Source: an uncultured Patescibacteria group bacterium (GTDB taxonomy: Bacteria; Patescibacteriota; Minisyncoccia; Phycocordibacterales; UBA918). Taken from it: a stretch of 64,000 bases of DNA. How positions within the stretch are numbered: position 1 is the stretch's first letter; every line of letters begins with the position of its first letter. The stretch lies in assembly GCA_934699595.1 (NCBI GenBank), contig CAKUWT010000003.1, positions 10,130 to 74,129 on the forward strand, given 5' to 3'. The position numbers and the translations under genes were made by a program. This document shows, one piece after another, positions 10,832-21,133 of the stretch. The notes under the pieces are model-generated. The model was not told the origin of the DNA. It ran no database searches and worked only from the letters and a program-made list of their open reading frames with translations.

Positions 10832-10840
10832 TCAACCTCA

Positions 10841-11434
10841 CTACCCCTTCACATTAAACTTATTCATCGCCGCTGACGCTCCTTCCGTACAGATAGTTAT
10901 AATCACGGCTGCCACTCTTTCTGTCAACGACTCTACAACCTTCATCTCCTTAGCCGTGAAAGTCCCCAGCACAAACTTAGCCAGCCGTGCGCCGTCCGGT
11001 CGCACCGCCGCCCCCGTCTCAGGATGACTGCCAGCGATTCCTAACCGAATCCTCACAAACTCATTACTCCCCAGACTTCTAATAATAGAGGCAATCCCAT
11101 TATGCCCACCGTCGCCACGAGCCACCGAGACCTTCAGTTGCCCTAAAGGTAAATCTACCTCGTCCGCAATCACAATCAATTTACTAAAGTCACGCTTTGG
11201 GACAAACTTCGCCACCGCCCCACCACTCTCATTCATGAACGTGTCCGGAAAAAATAACTGCACCTCTTCCCAGCCACAGACACCTGTCGCGATTTGGCCA
11301 TGGTAGGTCCGTGAGGAGAAAAAATTTGTCATACCTAACTCAGCCCGCACTTTGTCCATCACCAACTGACCAATATTATGCCTGGTCTCACGATACTCCT
11401 TTCCTGGATTTCCCAAGGCTACTAAATAATACAT
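10841..11434 (-). CDS. pth: peptidyl-tRNA hydrolase
   Basis: MYYLVALGNPGKEYRETRHNIGQ at ATG 11432-11434. The track ORF is over-extended upstream to 11695. Confidence 0.9.
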   Translation of the reverse strand: MYYLVALGNPGKEYRETRHNIGQLVMDKVRAELGMTNFFSSRTYHGQIATGVCGWEEVQLFFPDTFMNESGGAVAKFVPKRDFSKLIVIADEVDLPLGQLKVSVARGDGGHNGIASIIRSLGSNEFVRIRLGIAGSHPETGAAVRPDGARLAKFVLGTFTAKEMKVVESLTERVAAVIITICTEGASAAMNKFNVKG

Positions 11435-11543
11435 ATTTTGTTTAACATTATTGTACAAGAATTTACTTAAAGAAAAAGTCAGCTGATAGAAAAACGGCGA
11501 CTGTTTGTTTTCTCTACCACTTTCATCTATAATAGGAGCACTT

Positions 11544-12188
11544 ATGTCTCTACCACCCATTATAGACAACTCTTCTGAACTCAGCGATGACAAAACCCTA
11601 ATCATCGCCAATCCTCCCAAGTCTTCCACAAACGGCTTCAAAGACCTGGTGCGCTTTGTCCTCTTGGCACTGGTAATCGTGCTCCCAATCCGCATATTTA
11701 TTGCTCAACCATTTATTGTTTCTGGAGCTTCTATGGAGGAGACTTTTCATGGTGGCGACTACTTAATTGTCGACCAGCTTAGTTACCGCCTCCGTGAGCC
11801 GACTCGTGGAGACGTCATTGTTTTTCACTACCCCAATGACCCCTCTAAGTTCTTTATCAAGCGTATTATCGGTCTTCCGGGTGAGAGGATTGATATTAAT
11901 AACCAGACTGTTACCGTTTACAACTCCACCCATACCGAAGGGCAAATCCTGACCGAAGACTATATCAATACCATGAACAAGCCAAACAATATTGACGTAA
12001 CCCTAACTAGTGACGAGTACTTCGTCATGGGTGATAACCGAGACCACAGCTCTGACTCTCGAGCCTGGGGACCACTGGAGAAGAAGTTTATTACCGGTCG
12101 CGCTCTTGTTAGGTTATTCCCACCGAAAAATTTTGACTACCTACCTGGCGCGGTCTCCGCTGTCGATATGCTTACTCAGAAACTCTAA
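11544..12188 (+). CDS. lepB: signal peptidase I
   Basis: GASMEETF (Ser box), FIKRIIGLPGERI, YFVMGDNRDHSSDSRAWG. ATG at 11544 after AGGAG. Confidence 0.85.
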   Translation: MSLPPIIDNSSELSDDKTLIIANPPKSSTNGFKDLVRFVLLALVIVLPIRIFIAQPFIVSGASMEETFHGGDYLIVDQLSYRLREPTRGDVIVFHYPNDPSKFFIKRIIGLPGERIDINNQTVTVYNSTHTEGQILTEDYINTMNKPNNIDVTLTSDEYFVMGDNRDHSSDSRAWGPLEKKFITGRALVRLFPPKNFDYLPGAVSAVDMLTQKL

Positions 12189-12202
12189 AAATAAAGACCA
12201 CT

Positions 12203-13366
12203 ATGCGTAAAGATTTCAGTCCTACCGTTTTTTTAAAATCAGCCGGCACTATTGCAGAATACTTCGGCTTTTCCCCTCGCGAAGCTTTAAGAAATGATCC
12301 CCTTTGTCGTGACTGTGTCGATACTTTCTCTATTAATATTGACGACGACATCGAACCTCAGCCCCAGTTTAGCACTCGTGCTTTAAATAATTACTATCAA
12401 GACAAGCTTTATGCCTTGGAAAGGCCTGTGTTAGTTTACGACATCGAGACCGATAAAAAGACTGGGGTTGTAGCTTTATCCCTACAAATTTTCAACGTGG
12501 AGAAAAGTATTGCTGAAGCGATACTCATCCAAACCAATCTGGCCCTCCTAAATGAACTGGGCTTCTCTGACCCTACAGTCCGCGTCAACGCTTTTGGCGA
12601 CAGCGATTCCATTACTCGTTACAATCGTGAGTTAACTAACTTTCTCCGTAAACGGTTAGATCTCCTACCAGCCCTGGCTCGAGAAAAACTCAAAATTCAC
12701 CCACTTAAATCTCTTGACGAATTAATTACCACCGAGGATGAGCTCGTTGATAAAAGTCCCAGTCCTCTGGAGTACCTCAACGACAACAGTCGTAAACATT
12801 TTAGGGAGATCATTGAGTATCTCGATATCAGCAATATTCCCTATGAAATTGATCCACGAATGATTGATAACTACAACCTCTACTCAGGTGCCATTTTCTC
12901 AATTGAACATTTTAATGACGAGGATGGTGAACCGGCTATCACCATTTCTGGTGGCCGCTTAGACGAACTGATCGAGCGCTTTGCAGAACAGCCAACCAAA
13001 GCTGTTGGCTCAGTCGCTCGCTTTAAGACCAAGAATATCCCCCAAAGCATCCCCCGGATTAAACTAGCAAACACTGATGTCGCCATTATTCAATTAGGCT
13101 TTGGGCCCAAGATTGGTAGCCTGCAACTCATTGAGAAGTTGCGTCAGCAAGGTATTAATATTCATCAAGACCTGACCAACCACTCTCTGTCTGAGCAGCT
13201 ACGTGCCGTAGAAAATCAGAACATCAGATACGTCATTATTATTGGTCAAAAAGAATTTATGGAGGGAACAGTACTTCTCCGTGATCTCACCACCCGCAAA
13301 CAAGAGACTTTGACTGAAGATCAGCTCCTCAGCAAACTAAAACGAGTAGCTAAAAGTAATAAGTAA
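12203..13366 (+). CDS. class II aaRS, HisRS/HisZ-family paralog with degenerate catalytic motifs but intact anticodon-binding domain
   Basis: C-terminal class-II anticodon-binding domain (IQLGFGPKIG..IRYVIIIGQKEF..TVLLRDLTT), ISGGRLDELIERF resembles HisRS motif 3, motif 2 only ALERPVL; 387 aa. Confidence 0.5.
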   Translation: MRKDFSPTVFLKSAGTIAEYFGFSPREALRNDPLCRDCVDTFSINIDDDIEPQPQFSTRALNNYYQDKLYALERPVLVYDIETDKKTGVVALSLQIFNVEKSIAEAILIQTNLALLNELGFSDPTVRVNAFGDSDSITRYNRELTNFLRKRLDLLPALAREKLKIHPLKSLDELITTEDELVDKSPSPLEYLNDNSRKHFREIIEYLDISNIPYEIDPRMIDNYNLYSGAIFSIEHFNDEDGEPAITISGGRLDELIERFAEQPTKAVGSVARFKTKNIPQSIPRIKLANTDVAIIQLGFGPKIGSLQLIEKLRQQGINIHQDLTNHSLSEQLRAVENQNIRYVIIIGQKEFMEGTVLLRDLTTRKQETLTEDQLLSKLKRVAKSNK

Positions 13367-13431
13367 GACCAGTTAAATATAAAGCTTGTAATTTATTCTA
13401 AAACTGCTATACTCTCCATCACATAAACATT

Positions 13432-13677
13432 ATGGCTATCAACGTTCAAGTCGAAAAAAATCAAAACGAGAGCACTTCTAATGTCATTCGTCGTTTTACC
13501 AAGCGAGTGCAAGGCTCGGGTATTATTCCCAAAAGTCGCAGTCTACGTTATTACAAACGAGTTAAAGGTGTCAATGTTCGTCACGCTGCTCGATTAAAAA
13601 AGTTGGCTCGTAAGGAAACTTATGAAAACCTAGTCAAATTAGGTAAAATCCAAGAATTCGTTCGCGGTCGTCGGTAA
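13432..13677 (+). CDS. rpsU: 30S ribosomal protein S21
   Basis: MAINVQVEKNQNESTSNVIRRFTKRV..RSLRYYK..RHAARLKKLARKE pattern; 81 aa. Confidence 0.7.
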   Translation: MAINVQVEKNQNESTSNVIRRFTKRVQGSGIIPKSRSLRYYKRVKGVNVRHAARLKKLARKETYENLVKLGKIQEFVRGRR

Positions 13678-13678
13678 A

Positions 13679-13727
13679 GCAAAACCCTGAGAAATTTCTC
13701 AGGGTTTTGCTTTACCTTTTTTATCTT
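13679..13727 (+). terminator. rho-independent terminator after rpsU
   Basis: gcaaaaccctgagaaatttctcagggttttgc hairpin followed by tttaccttttttatc. Confidence 0.65.
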
Positions 13728-13825
13728 GTCGACCTGCTTTTACGCATTCTCTTCTCTCGTTAGCATATAGGACTCACAGCCTTGGACTTAAAAAAACCAA
13801 CAAACTATGACATACTGTAGACACC

Positions 13826-14209
13826 ATGGTGACTTTCTTTATTTCCCAGACAATCAAGAGACAGGCTCCAAGCTATCCTTACCAAGCCATTAAAGAGATT
13901 ATCTTAGGCGAAAAATACGAACTTTCTCTTACCTTTATTGGCAAGACCCGAGCCCGTAGTCTCAGCTTGACTTATAAAAATAAAGACTACTTTCCCAACG
14001 TCCTATCTTTCCCCCTCACCGATAACCATGGCGAGATTTTTATCTGTCCCGAGATAGCTGATCGTGAAGCAGCCGACTACCACCTATCCAAGAGTGGCTA
14101 TATTGCTTTTTTATTTATACATGGCTGCCTGCACTTAAAAGGTTACGACCATAGCGGTGCTATGGAGAAACTTGAGCAAAAATACCTGCGTAAATTTGCA
14201 ATCACTTAG
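13826..14209 (+). CDS. ybeY: rRNA maturation endoribonuclease YbeY
   Basis: HGCLHLKGYDH zinc-binding motif; 127 aa. Confidence 0.8.
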   Translation: MVTFFISQTIKRQAPSYPYQAIKEIILGEKYELSLTFIGKTRARSLSLTYKNKDYFPNVLSFPLTDNHGEIFICPEIADREAADYHLSKSGYIAFLFIHGCLHLKGYDHSGAMEKLEQKYLRKFAIT

Positions 14210-14223
14210 TTTAATTATTTATC

Positions 14224-15396
14224 ATGGCACAAGAACGAATCATTACCGGTATCGACGTGGGCACCTATCAAGTGAAGGTGGTAGTAGTGCGCATGGTCAA
14301 AAATAAGAATAACCACGCCGTGCCCCAAATTATCGGCACAGGAATTAGCGAGAGTCGTGGCTTACGCAACGGCTACATCATTAACGAAACTGATGTAATC
14401 CGCAGTGTCCGTAGTGCTGTCTCCCAGGCTGAAAAAACTGCCGGACTAACCATCAAGAGAGCTTTTTTGGCGACTGGCAGTATTGGCTTGGACGAAGTTG
14501 TCTCAACTGGTGAAGTGATTACTTCCCGAGCCGATTCTGAAATCACCGACATCGATGTTGATAAAGTTACCGAAGATAGTGAGGATCGTATCATTGACCA
14601 TATCCCTAATCGCCGCATCCTAAACACTATCCCACTTCGCTATCGTATCGATGGAGAAGATGTTATGGGCAGACCTCAAGGCATGATCGGCACCAAACTT
14701 GAGGTTGATACATTATTTATTACTACGTATGAGCAGCATCTCGATAGTCTTATCAGTACCATTGAGAAAACCGGCATCGCGGTAGAAGATGTTACCTCTT
14801 CCCCAGCAGCAGCCAGCCTTGTCGTGCTCAGCAAGCTACAAAAACGAGCTGGCTGTGTACTGGCCAATATTGGCTCCGAGACAACTTCCATCATCGTTTA
14901 TGAAGATATGATTCCGGTTTCAGTTAAAGTTTTTCCAATTGGCGCCAACGACATCACAAACGATATCGCTCTCGGTTTAAAAATATCTCTTGAAGAAGCA
15001 GAGAAGGTAAAGCGTAATGGCGTCGTTGGCACACCCTACTCACGGAAAAAGTTGGAGGAAATTATCAATGCTAGACTAACGGATATCTTTGAACTAATTC
15101 AAGATCACTTAAAAAAGATTAAACGAGATGGTTTATTACCTGCCGGAATTGTCCTCATCGGTGGCGGCTCTAACACATCCGGAGCCGTAGAATTAGCGAA
15201 GAATATTTTAGTACTTCCAGCCAAAGTTAGTAATCTTGATATTGGCAAAAACTCTCGAGTACGTGATTCTATCTGGGCCGTAGCTTTCGGTCTCTGTATG
15301 CTCGGCTTCTCTAGTCAAGAAGAGACTTCTTTTATAGGTACCATCAAGCCATCTAAGAGTAAGATTATTGCTTGGTTCTCACAATTTATTCCGTAG
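14224..15396 (+). CDS. ftsA: cell division protein FtsA
   Basis: ITGIDVGTYQVKVVV actin-fold start, LIGGGSNTSGAVELAK; sits upstream of ftsZ. Confidence 0.85.
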   Translation: MAQERIITGIDVGTYQVKVVVVRMVKNKNNHAVPQIIGTGISESRGLRNGYIINETDVIRSVRSAVSQAEKTAGLTIKRAFLATGSIGLDEVVSTGEVITSRADSEITDIDVDKVTEDSEDRIIDHIPNRRILNTIPLRYRIDGEDVMGRPQGMIGTKLEVDTLFITTYEQHLDSLISTIEKTGIAVEDVTSSPAAASLVVLSKLQKRAGCVLANIGSETTSIIVYEDMIPVSVKVFPIGANDITNDIALGLKISLEEAEKVKRNGVVGTPYSRKKLEEIINARLTDIFELIQDHLKKIKRDGLLPAGIVLIGGGSNTSGAVELAKNILVLPAKVSNLDIGKNSRVRDSIWAVAFGLCMLGFSSQEETSFIGTIKPSKSKIIAWFSQFIP

Positions 15397-15553
15397 AAAC
15401 AGCCCAATTTTCATCAGTGTCAATTACACGATTGTTAGATATGTCAAGATAGTGACAGCTTACTTCTAAAGCGTTATGATAGGAGGTAAGTGATTTAGGG
15501 CATGGTCTCCCTAATCAAAAATATTACGGAGTTAAAACATTTAAAAAATTATT

Positions 15554-16837
15554 ATGGAGCAGATTAAATCAGACGTAGAAACCTTCGCTCGTATCCGAGT
15601 AGTAGGAGCCGGTGGTTCTGGGAACAACGCCGTCAACTACATGGTCAACTCCAAGGTAAAAGGTGTGGAGTTTATCGCCATCAATAGTGACGCTCAGGAC
15701 CTACATCATTCCCTAGCCAAAAAGAAAATTCATATCGGCAAGAATCTAACTCGTGGCCTAGGAGCAGGAGGCAGTCCTGACATGGGGCGTCGTGCTGCCG
15801 AGGAAACTCGCGAAGAAATCAACAACGCCGTTAAGGGTTCAGACATGGTCTTTGTCACCTGCGGTATGGGCGGCGGCACTGGAACTGGCTCTGCTCCGGT
15901 AATTGCTAAAATTGCTCGCGACGCTGGCGCTCTGACCGTAGGCGTTGTCACCAAACCTTTCTTATTTGAAGGACAGGAACGTATGCGCCTCGCTCTCCAG
16001 GGGATTGAGGAGCTAAAGAAAGAGGTTGACGCTTTGATCATTATCCCTAATGATCGACTTCTCGCAATTGTCGACAAAGAGACCACGGTACGAAACGCTT
16101 TCGAGCAGTGTGACAATATTCTTAAACAAGCCGTTGAGGGAATTTCTGACCTTATTACCACCCCAGGTATCATCAATGTTGACTTTGCTGACATTCGTAG
16201 TGTTATGGAAAACGCCGGTTCGGCTTTAATGGGTGTGGGTATTTCTAGTGGCGAGAAGCGTGCCGAAGAGGCTGCTCAATCTGCCATCAATTCCCCACTG
16301 CTGGAAGTCTCGATTACTGGTGCCAAGGGTGTACTTTTTGCTATCGCTGGTGGCGATGACTTAGGAATGCTCGAAATCCAAGATGCAGCTCGTGCTGTCA
16401 CCGAATCTATCGATCCCCACGCGCGCGTAATCTTTGGCGCTATTAAAGATGACAAGCTCAAGAAGAACGAGGTTAAAGTAACTGTTATTGCTACTGGTTT
16501 CCCCGACGAGACTATCGATGGCCGTGATCACTCCTTTATTCCTAGAGCCATAACTACACCGACCCGTGAGAATCTGAAAAATTCCGAAGCAAAAGAATCT
16601 TTTAGTGATGAAACCGACAGCGGAGAACCACAAACCAAAAAATCTCGCGGCATCTTCAACACTCTATCCAGGCCGGACTACGAAGAAGATGACGAGATAA
16701 GAACTCCAATTACGGAAGAGGCTCGTCCACCGCTTCCTAAACGAGACCCCAAACCAATCGACCCGGTCGACGAAGAAGATGACGATGACGACTGGGGAGC
16801 TGTACCGGCCTTTTTGCGCCGCTCTAAGTTGAAATAA
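15554..16837 (+). CDS. ftsZ: cell division GTPase FtsZ with long acidic C-terminal linker
   Basis: [33 protein letters not shown] tubulin signature, C-terminal [18 protein letters not shown] peptide. Confidence 0.95.
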   Translation: MEQIKSDVETFARIRVVGAGGSGNNAVNYMVNSKVKGVEFIAINSDAQDLHHSLAKKKIHIGKNLTRGLGAGGSPDMGRRAAEETREEINNAVKGSDMVFVTCGMGGGTGTGSAPVIAKIARDAGALTVGVVTKPFLFEGQERMRLALQGIEELKKEVDALIIIPNDRLLAIVDKETTVRNAFEQCDNILKQAVEGISDLITTPGIINVDFADIRSVMENAGSALMGVGISSGEKRAEEAAQSAINSPLLEVSITGAKGVLFAIAGGDDLGMLEIQDAARAVTESIDPHARVIFGAIKDDKLKKNEVKVTVIATGFPDETIDGRDHSFIPRAITTPTRENLKNSEAKESFSDETDSGEPQTKKSRGIFNTLSRPDYEEDDEIRTPITEEARPPLPKRDPKPIDPVDEEDDDDDWGAVPAFLRRSKLK

Positions 16838-16971
16838 TTACCCTCTAACCATTTTAGATTCTCAGCCAGACTCTTATGAGTCTGGCTGAGTTATTCACAA
16901 AGACTAGCATCAGAAGTTATGGTATCTTAAAAAGACTCTACTAATCCCAATTTAAATATTTTTAATTTACT

Positions 16972-17892
16972 ATGTACGAATTAATTATTATCGGCGGCGG
17001 CCCAGCTGGGATCGCAGCTGGTGTGTACGCCGCCCGCAAACGCTTGAAGACTCTTTTTCTGACAGACGAAATCGGCGGTCAAAGTACCGACTCAGGAGAC
17101 ATCCAAAACTGGATCGGCACTCCCTCGATCAGCGGCCCAGATTTAGCAAAAAACTTTGAGGATCATTTACGTAACTGCGCCGCAGACTCACTGGAGATTA
17201 AAACTAAACAAAAAGTCACACGGGTCTCTGGCGAACAAGGAAACTTTACCGTCACCACTGAGGCTGGAGAGACTTTCCAAAGTGAAGCTGTCCTGGTAGC
17301 GACTGGCTCCACCCGGCGCCAACTACAAGCCCCAGGTGCAGCGGAGTTTGAAAACAAAGGTTTGACCTATTGCGCCAGCTGCGACGGACCTCTGTTCGCT
17401 GGGCAAGATGTGGCGGTGATCGGTGGTGGGAACGCCGCCTTTGAAACTGCTGCCCAACTCCTAGCCTACGCCAAGAGCGTCACGCTGCTGCAGTATCGTG
17501 ATTTTTATAAAGCTGATGAGATTACCATCAATAAGGTTCTCTCCCACCCTAATATGACCGGGCTCCTGAATGCCACCACCAAGAGCATCAATGGCGACAA
17601 GTTCGTCTCCGGCCTTACCTATACCGAAGCCGACGGCACGGAAAAGAACCTCGATGTAACCGGTATCTTTGTCGAGATCGGCCTCATTCCTAACACTGCT
17701 CCTGTGGCTGACTTCTTAGACCTAGACGAAACCAAACGCATCAAGATTGATCCCTGGACTGGACAAACCTCGGTCCCAGGTGTTTGGGCAGCTGGTGATT
17801 GTACCAATGTAAAGTACCACCAAAACAATATCTCTGCTGGCTTCGGTGTGCAGGCTCTAGAAGATATCTACGTACATTTGAAAGCCCGATAG
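16972..17892 (+). CDS. trxB: thioredoxin-disulfide reductase
   Basis: IIIGGGPAGIAAGVYAAR FAD motif, CASCDG redox centre, GGGNAAFETA NADPH motif. Confidence 0.9.
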   Translation: MYELIIIGGGPAGIAAGVYAARKRLKTLFLTDEIGGQSTDSGDIQNWIGTPSISGPDLAKNFEDHLRNCAADSLEIKTKQKVTRVSGEQGNFTVTTEAGETFQSEAVLVATGSTRRQLQAPGAAEFENKGLTYCASCDGPLFAGQDVAVIGGGNAAFETAAQLLAYAKSVTLLQYRDFYKADEITINKVLSHPNMTGLLNATTKSINGDKFVSGLTYTEADGTEKNLDVTGIFVEIGLIPNTAPVADFLDLDETKRIKIDPWTGQTSVPGVWAAGDCTNVKYHQNNISAGFGVQALEDIYVHLKAR

Positions 17893-17951
17893 TAATTCCA
17901 TTTTTCAAGTTTTTCAAAAATCCAAGCAGGGATCTGTTGTGTGACCAGTAG

Positions 17952-17993
17952 AACCCATGGGCGATGTCTTTGACATCGCCCATGGGTTTTCTC
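17952..17993 (+). terminator. 17-bp stem hairpin (aacccatgggcgatgtc/gacatcgcccatgggtt) after trxB
   Basis: Perfect inverted repeat seen in sequence; only a weak T tract follows. Confidence 0.45.
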
Positions 17994-18188
17994 TCCTTCC
18001 TCCACAGTCAATAATTTCCTCTTTCCTAAACTGTTGACAAACTTGTGCACAACTCTGGAATTAGCTCGGTATAAGTGGTGAATAAGTTTGTTTACAGACA
18101 CTGCATAAGCTCAGGATGACTTGGGGAAACACCAGCCTTCCCCACGAAGATATCCTGATAAATCGGGCTTGGTTTTTCCCCCTTTCTT

Positions 18189-18197
18189 TGCTAAGAT
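18189..18197 (+). promoter_or_regulatory. extended -10 promoter (TGcTAAGAT) for tRNA-Glu
   Basis: TGnTAAGAT lies 12 nt before the tRNA 5' end; the same TGCTAAGAT occurs before tRNA-Ser. Confidence 0.4.
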
Positions 18198-18209
18198 AGC
18201 AGAGCAAAT

Positions 18210-18282
18210 GGCCCTATCGTCTAGTGGTTAGGACGCAAGGTTTTCATCCTTGAAGCCGGAGTTCGATTCTCCGTAGGGTCAC
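18210..18282 (+). tRNA. tRNA-Glu (anticodon UUC)
   Basis: Cloverleaf read by eye: acceptor ggcccta/tagggtc, anticodon stem caagg/ccttg with loop ttTTCat, T-arm cggagTTCGATTctccg. Confidence 0.85.
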
Positions 18283-18408
18283 AGAATCGAGTGCTAGTTC
18301 GAGCACTCGACAAGGGTAACGAAAGGAGTAGAACCTTGTTTCTGCTCCTTTCGTGTATATAGATATAAAAATGTACAACGAAGTATAAAGTTGTAAAATT
18401 GATAAAGT

Positions 18409-21111
18409 ATGGCTAGTCTCTTAGAAAAAATTGATGTAATCAATGAAAAAATAAACAAGAACATCGCTATCCTCTCAAATAATGAGCGTGGTCTTGCGTC
18501 TCAGGCAATCCTGGACGATCTCCGTGATCTAGTTGAACACACTGCTGTTTTAATTCACGCTGGTCAAGAAGCAGAAATTGGTTTTGATCTAATCAAAGAA
18601 AGTCTTGAACATATACGTGGATTCTCCAAATACAGTTTTCTATACAAGCTACATAGTAGATTGAATTTAGCTATTTCACATTATGAGCCTAATGAAAGTG
18701 ATGCTGAAATGCTAATGCTAGGCTACATGCATAATTTATTTCTTATAAAGAAATTTTATCTTAAAAATTATAATCATCTCATTTTACAAGATTTACGAAA
18801 TTATCCGTTAAATCTAGATCCTGGCTTATCAGATTATTACAAAGCTATAATTGATAAAATAAAAACTTCTAATTATGAAGAAGTAGACAAAGCTGATTTT
18901 TATATTGACCGAGTAAAACCACTGATTATCGACAACGAACTGTATTATGAGGTAACTTTTCGACCCGCAACAAATAATTTTGCAAAGTTTAATAAAACGG
19001 TGGCATATACAAAGCGTAAAATTACAACAAACTACGCACTTAAGCTGACTTTAGCAAAAACTCAAATAGACGTATTTGATACAAAATCACGTGTTCTCAT
19101 TATATTAGACTTTGAGATCTCAATTCGTCCGTGTGAAATACAACACCTGGGAATGATTTTTGATAGAGGTTTTACGTTCAATAGTAGGACGAAAGAATAT
19201 CAAAATCTGATGAGTGCTTTAAAGGTTAGTCAGTTAACATTGCTTGAGGTAGTGACTCTAAATGAGACCAGATTTGAAAAATTTAAAAAATATTTAAGCG
19301 ATGACGCGCGCTCAGTAAAAATATTAGAGGTTCTTGAAAAATGTAGACAAATAATCATAGAAGATTTAAATGGCTCTAATATTTTGAGGTATCTTCTGGC
19401 TAATCTAAATAATGCTGTTCTGAAGAAACAGCTAAACACCGAGAAGTGCAATATACTTTCGGGTATGTTTTTAAAGAATGGCTGTCGAGTATTCGACGAC
19501 ATGCCTTTCTGTTCATCTCTAAATGGACATAATCCAACGAAGCTTTCTTTAATTGATTGTATCTCCCCAGAAAATAGAAAACATGAATTCTTGGCAAGAC
19601 ATATTAATCAAAACGCAAGAACAAAAAAGATTCTCTATACTCCTATTGAAGAGGTGCAGAAAGTTTATAATGTTGATCAAGAGATCGAGGCTTTTAATTC
19701 AAAAATTTGGGAAGGTCACAAGCCCGCTCGTGAATTGAGAACTTACTCCAAGTATATATACAATTATGGAGCCGAGAAAGATTGTCATGACATATTTACT
19801 AAAATCTTAAGTCTTACCGATTCGGGCATTGAAGATTACCAAACACTCATTGATCTGTGGCTTGACCAACAAAGTGACGATGTCATTGATTCGGATCAGA
19901 AGAGACAAGTTCTAAGAGAATTATTTGCAGAAACACACGTTGCGCTCATTTATGGATCGGCGGGTACTGGGAAAACCAAGATGATTGAATATATTGATAA
20001 TGTATTTCAAGCTGAAAATAAAATATTTCTCTCTAACACAAATGCCTCAGTAAACAATCTCAGGGCCCGAATTGGAGAAAGTGATAAGCATACTTTCTCT
20101 ACGGTTTCTTCATATCTACATAATATTGATGAATATGGTGACTCAGAAATACTTTTTATTGATGAATGCAGTACTGTAAGTAATGCAGATTTGTTACAAA
20201 TTCTCAAGCATAAAAAGTTTGAGAAAATTGTCTTAGTGGGAGATGTTTACCAAATAGAATCAATAGATTTTGGAAACTGGTTTTATCTTTGCAAAAACCT
20301 GCTCCCGAAACATTGCATTTTCGAATTAGATGATACACACAGGACTAAAAAAGAAGACTTGAAACTATATTGGTCTGCTGTTCGAAATTCGGATGATAAT
20401 GTACGCGAAATTGCTTCTAGGGGTCATTTCACCAAACCAGTTGATCAATTCATAAAAAACTATGAGGATAAAGAGGATCAGATTGTACTATGTTTAAACT
20501 ATGATGGTTTATATGGAATCAACAATCTAAATAGACTTTTGCAGGAAAAAAATCAAAATACTGCAGTGGACTGGGGTGTTCATAGTTACAAGGTTGGAGA
20601 CCCCATTATTTTTACCGAATCGTCGAGATTTTTTCCCGTTTTATATAACAACTTAAAGGGGCGCATAGCCAAAATTGACGCTAACGGCGATGAAATAACA
20701 TTTGAAATAGTAATTTCTTATTCACCAAATCCGTTTGATGCCCATCGTTGCGGAGTTGAGTTGTTGGAGAACCTGCCAGACGGTAAATCAAAAATTAAAT
20801 TCTCAGTAAATAAACTAGAAAATGTTGATGAGGATTTAGATGATTCTGATAGATTAGTCCCATTTCAGGTTTCGTATGCTACATCTATTCACAAAGCTCA
20901 AGGTCTTGAGTATAAATCTGTAAAACTTGTTTTTGTTGATGAAGTACAAGATATGGTTACTCATAGTATATTTTATACGGCTATAACCAGAGCCAAAGAG
21001 GAACTAGAAATTTATTGGTCTCCTGAAACTGCAGATAAAGTCTATGAGAAAATTAAAACTAATCTAAATAAGCAGGACTCTTATATTTTTAAGAACAAGT
21101 TTAGCTTATAA
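18409..21111 (+). CDS. 900-aa protein: ~500-aa N-terminal domain of unknown function fused to a C-terminal SF1 (RecD/Dda/Pif1-like) helicase
   Basis: Walker A LIYGSAGTGKTKM, Walker B FIDECSTV, LVGDVYQIESID, UvrD_C-like SYATSIHKAQGLEYKSVKLVFVDE..TAITRAKEELEIYW. The gene is markedly AT-rich. Confidence 0.7.
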   Translation: MASLLEKIDVINEKINKNIAILSNNERGLASQAILDDLRDLVEHTAVLIHAGQEAEIGFDLIKESLEHIRGFSKYSFLYKLHSRLNLAISHYEPNESDAEMLMLGYMHNLFLIKKFYLKNYNHLILQDLRNYPLNLDPGLSDYYKAIIDKIKTSNYEEVDKADFYIDRVKPLIIDNELYYEVTFRPATNNFAKFNKTVAYTKRKITTNYALKLTLAKTQIDVFDTKSRVLIILDFEISIRPCEIQHLGMIFDRGFTFNSRTKEYQNLMSALKVSQLTLLEVVTLNETRFEKFKKYLSDDARSVKILEVLEKCRQIIIEDLNGSNILRYLLANLNNAVLKKQLNTEKCNILSGMFLKNGCRVFDDMPFCSSLNGHNPTKLSLIDCISPENRKHEFLARHINQNARTKKILYTPIEEVQKVYNVDQEIEAFNSKIWEGHKPARELRTYSKYIYNYGAEKDCHDIFTKILSLTDSGIEDYQTLIDLWLDQQSDDVIDSDQKRQVLRELFAETHVALIYGSAGTGKTKMIEYIDNVFQAENKIFLSNTNASVNNLRARIGESDKHTFSTVSSYLHNIDEYGDSEILFIDECSTVSNADLLQILKHKKFEKIVLVGDVYQIESIDFGNWFYLCKNLLPKHCIFELDDTHRTKKEDLKLYWSAVRNSDDNVREIASRGHFTKPVDQFIKNYEDKEDQIVLCLNYDGLYGINNLNRLLQEKNQNTAVDWGVHSYKVGDPIIFTESSRFFPVLYNNLKGRIAKIDANGDEITFEIVISYSPNPFDAHRCGVELLENLPDGKSKIKFSVNKLENVDEDLDDSDRLVPFQVSYATSIHKAQGLEYKSVKLVFVDEVQDMVTHSIFYTAITRAKEELEIYWSPETADKVYEKIKTNLNKQDSYIFKNKFSL

Positions 21112-21133
21112 CTAAATTCAATTAGCTATTTTC

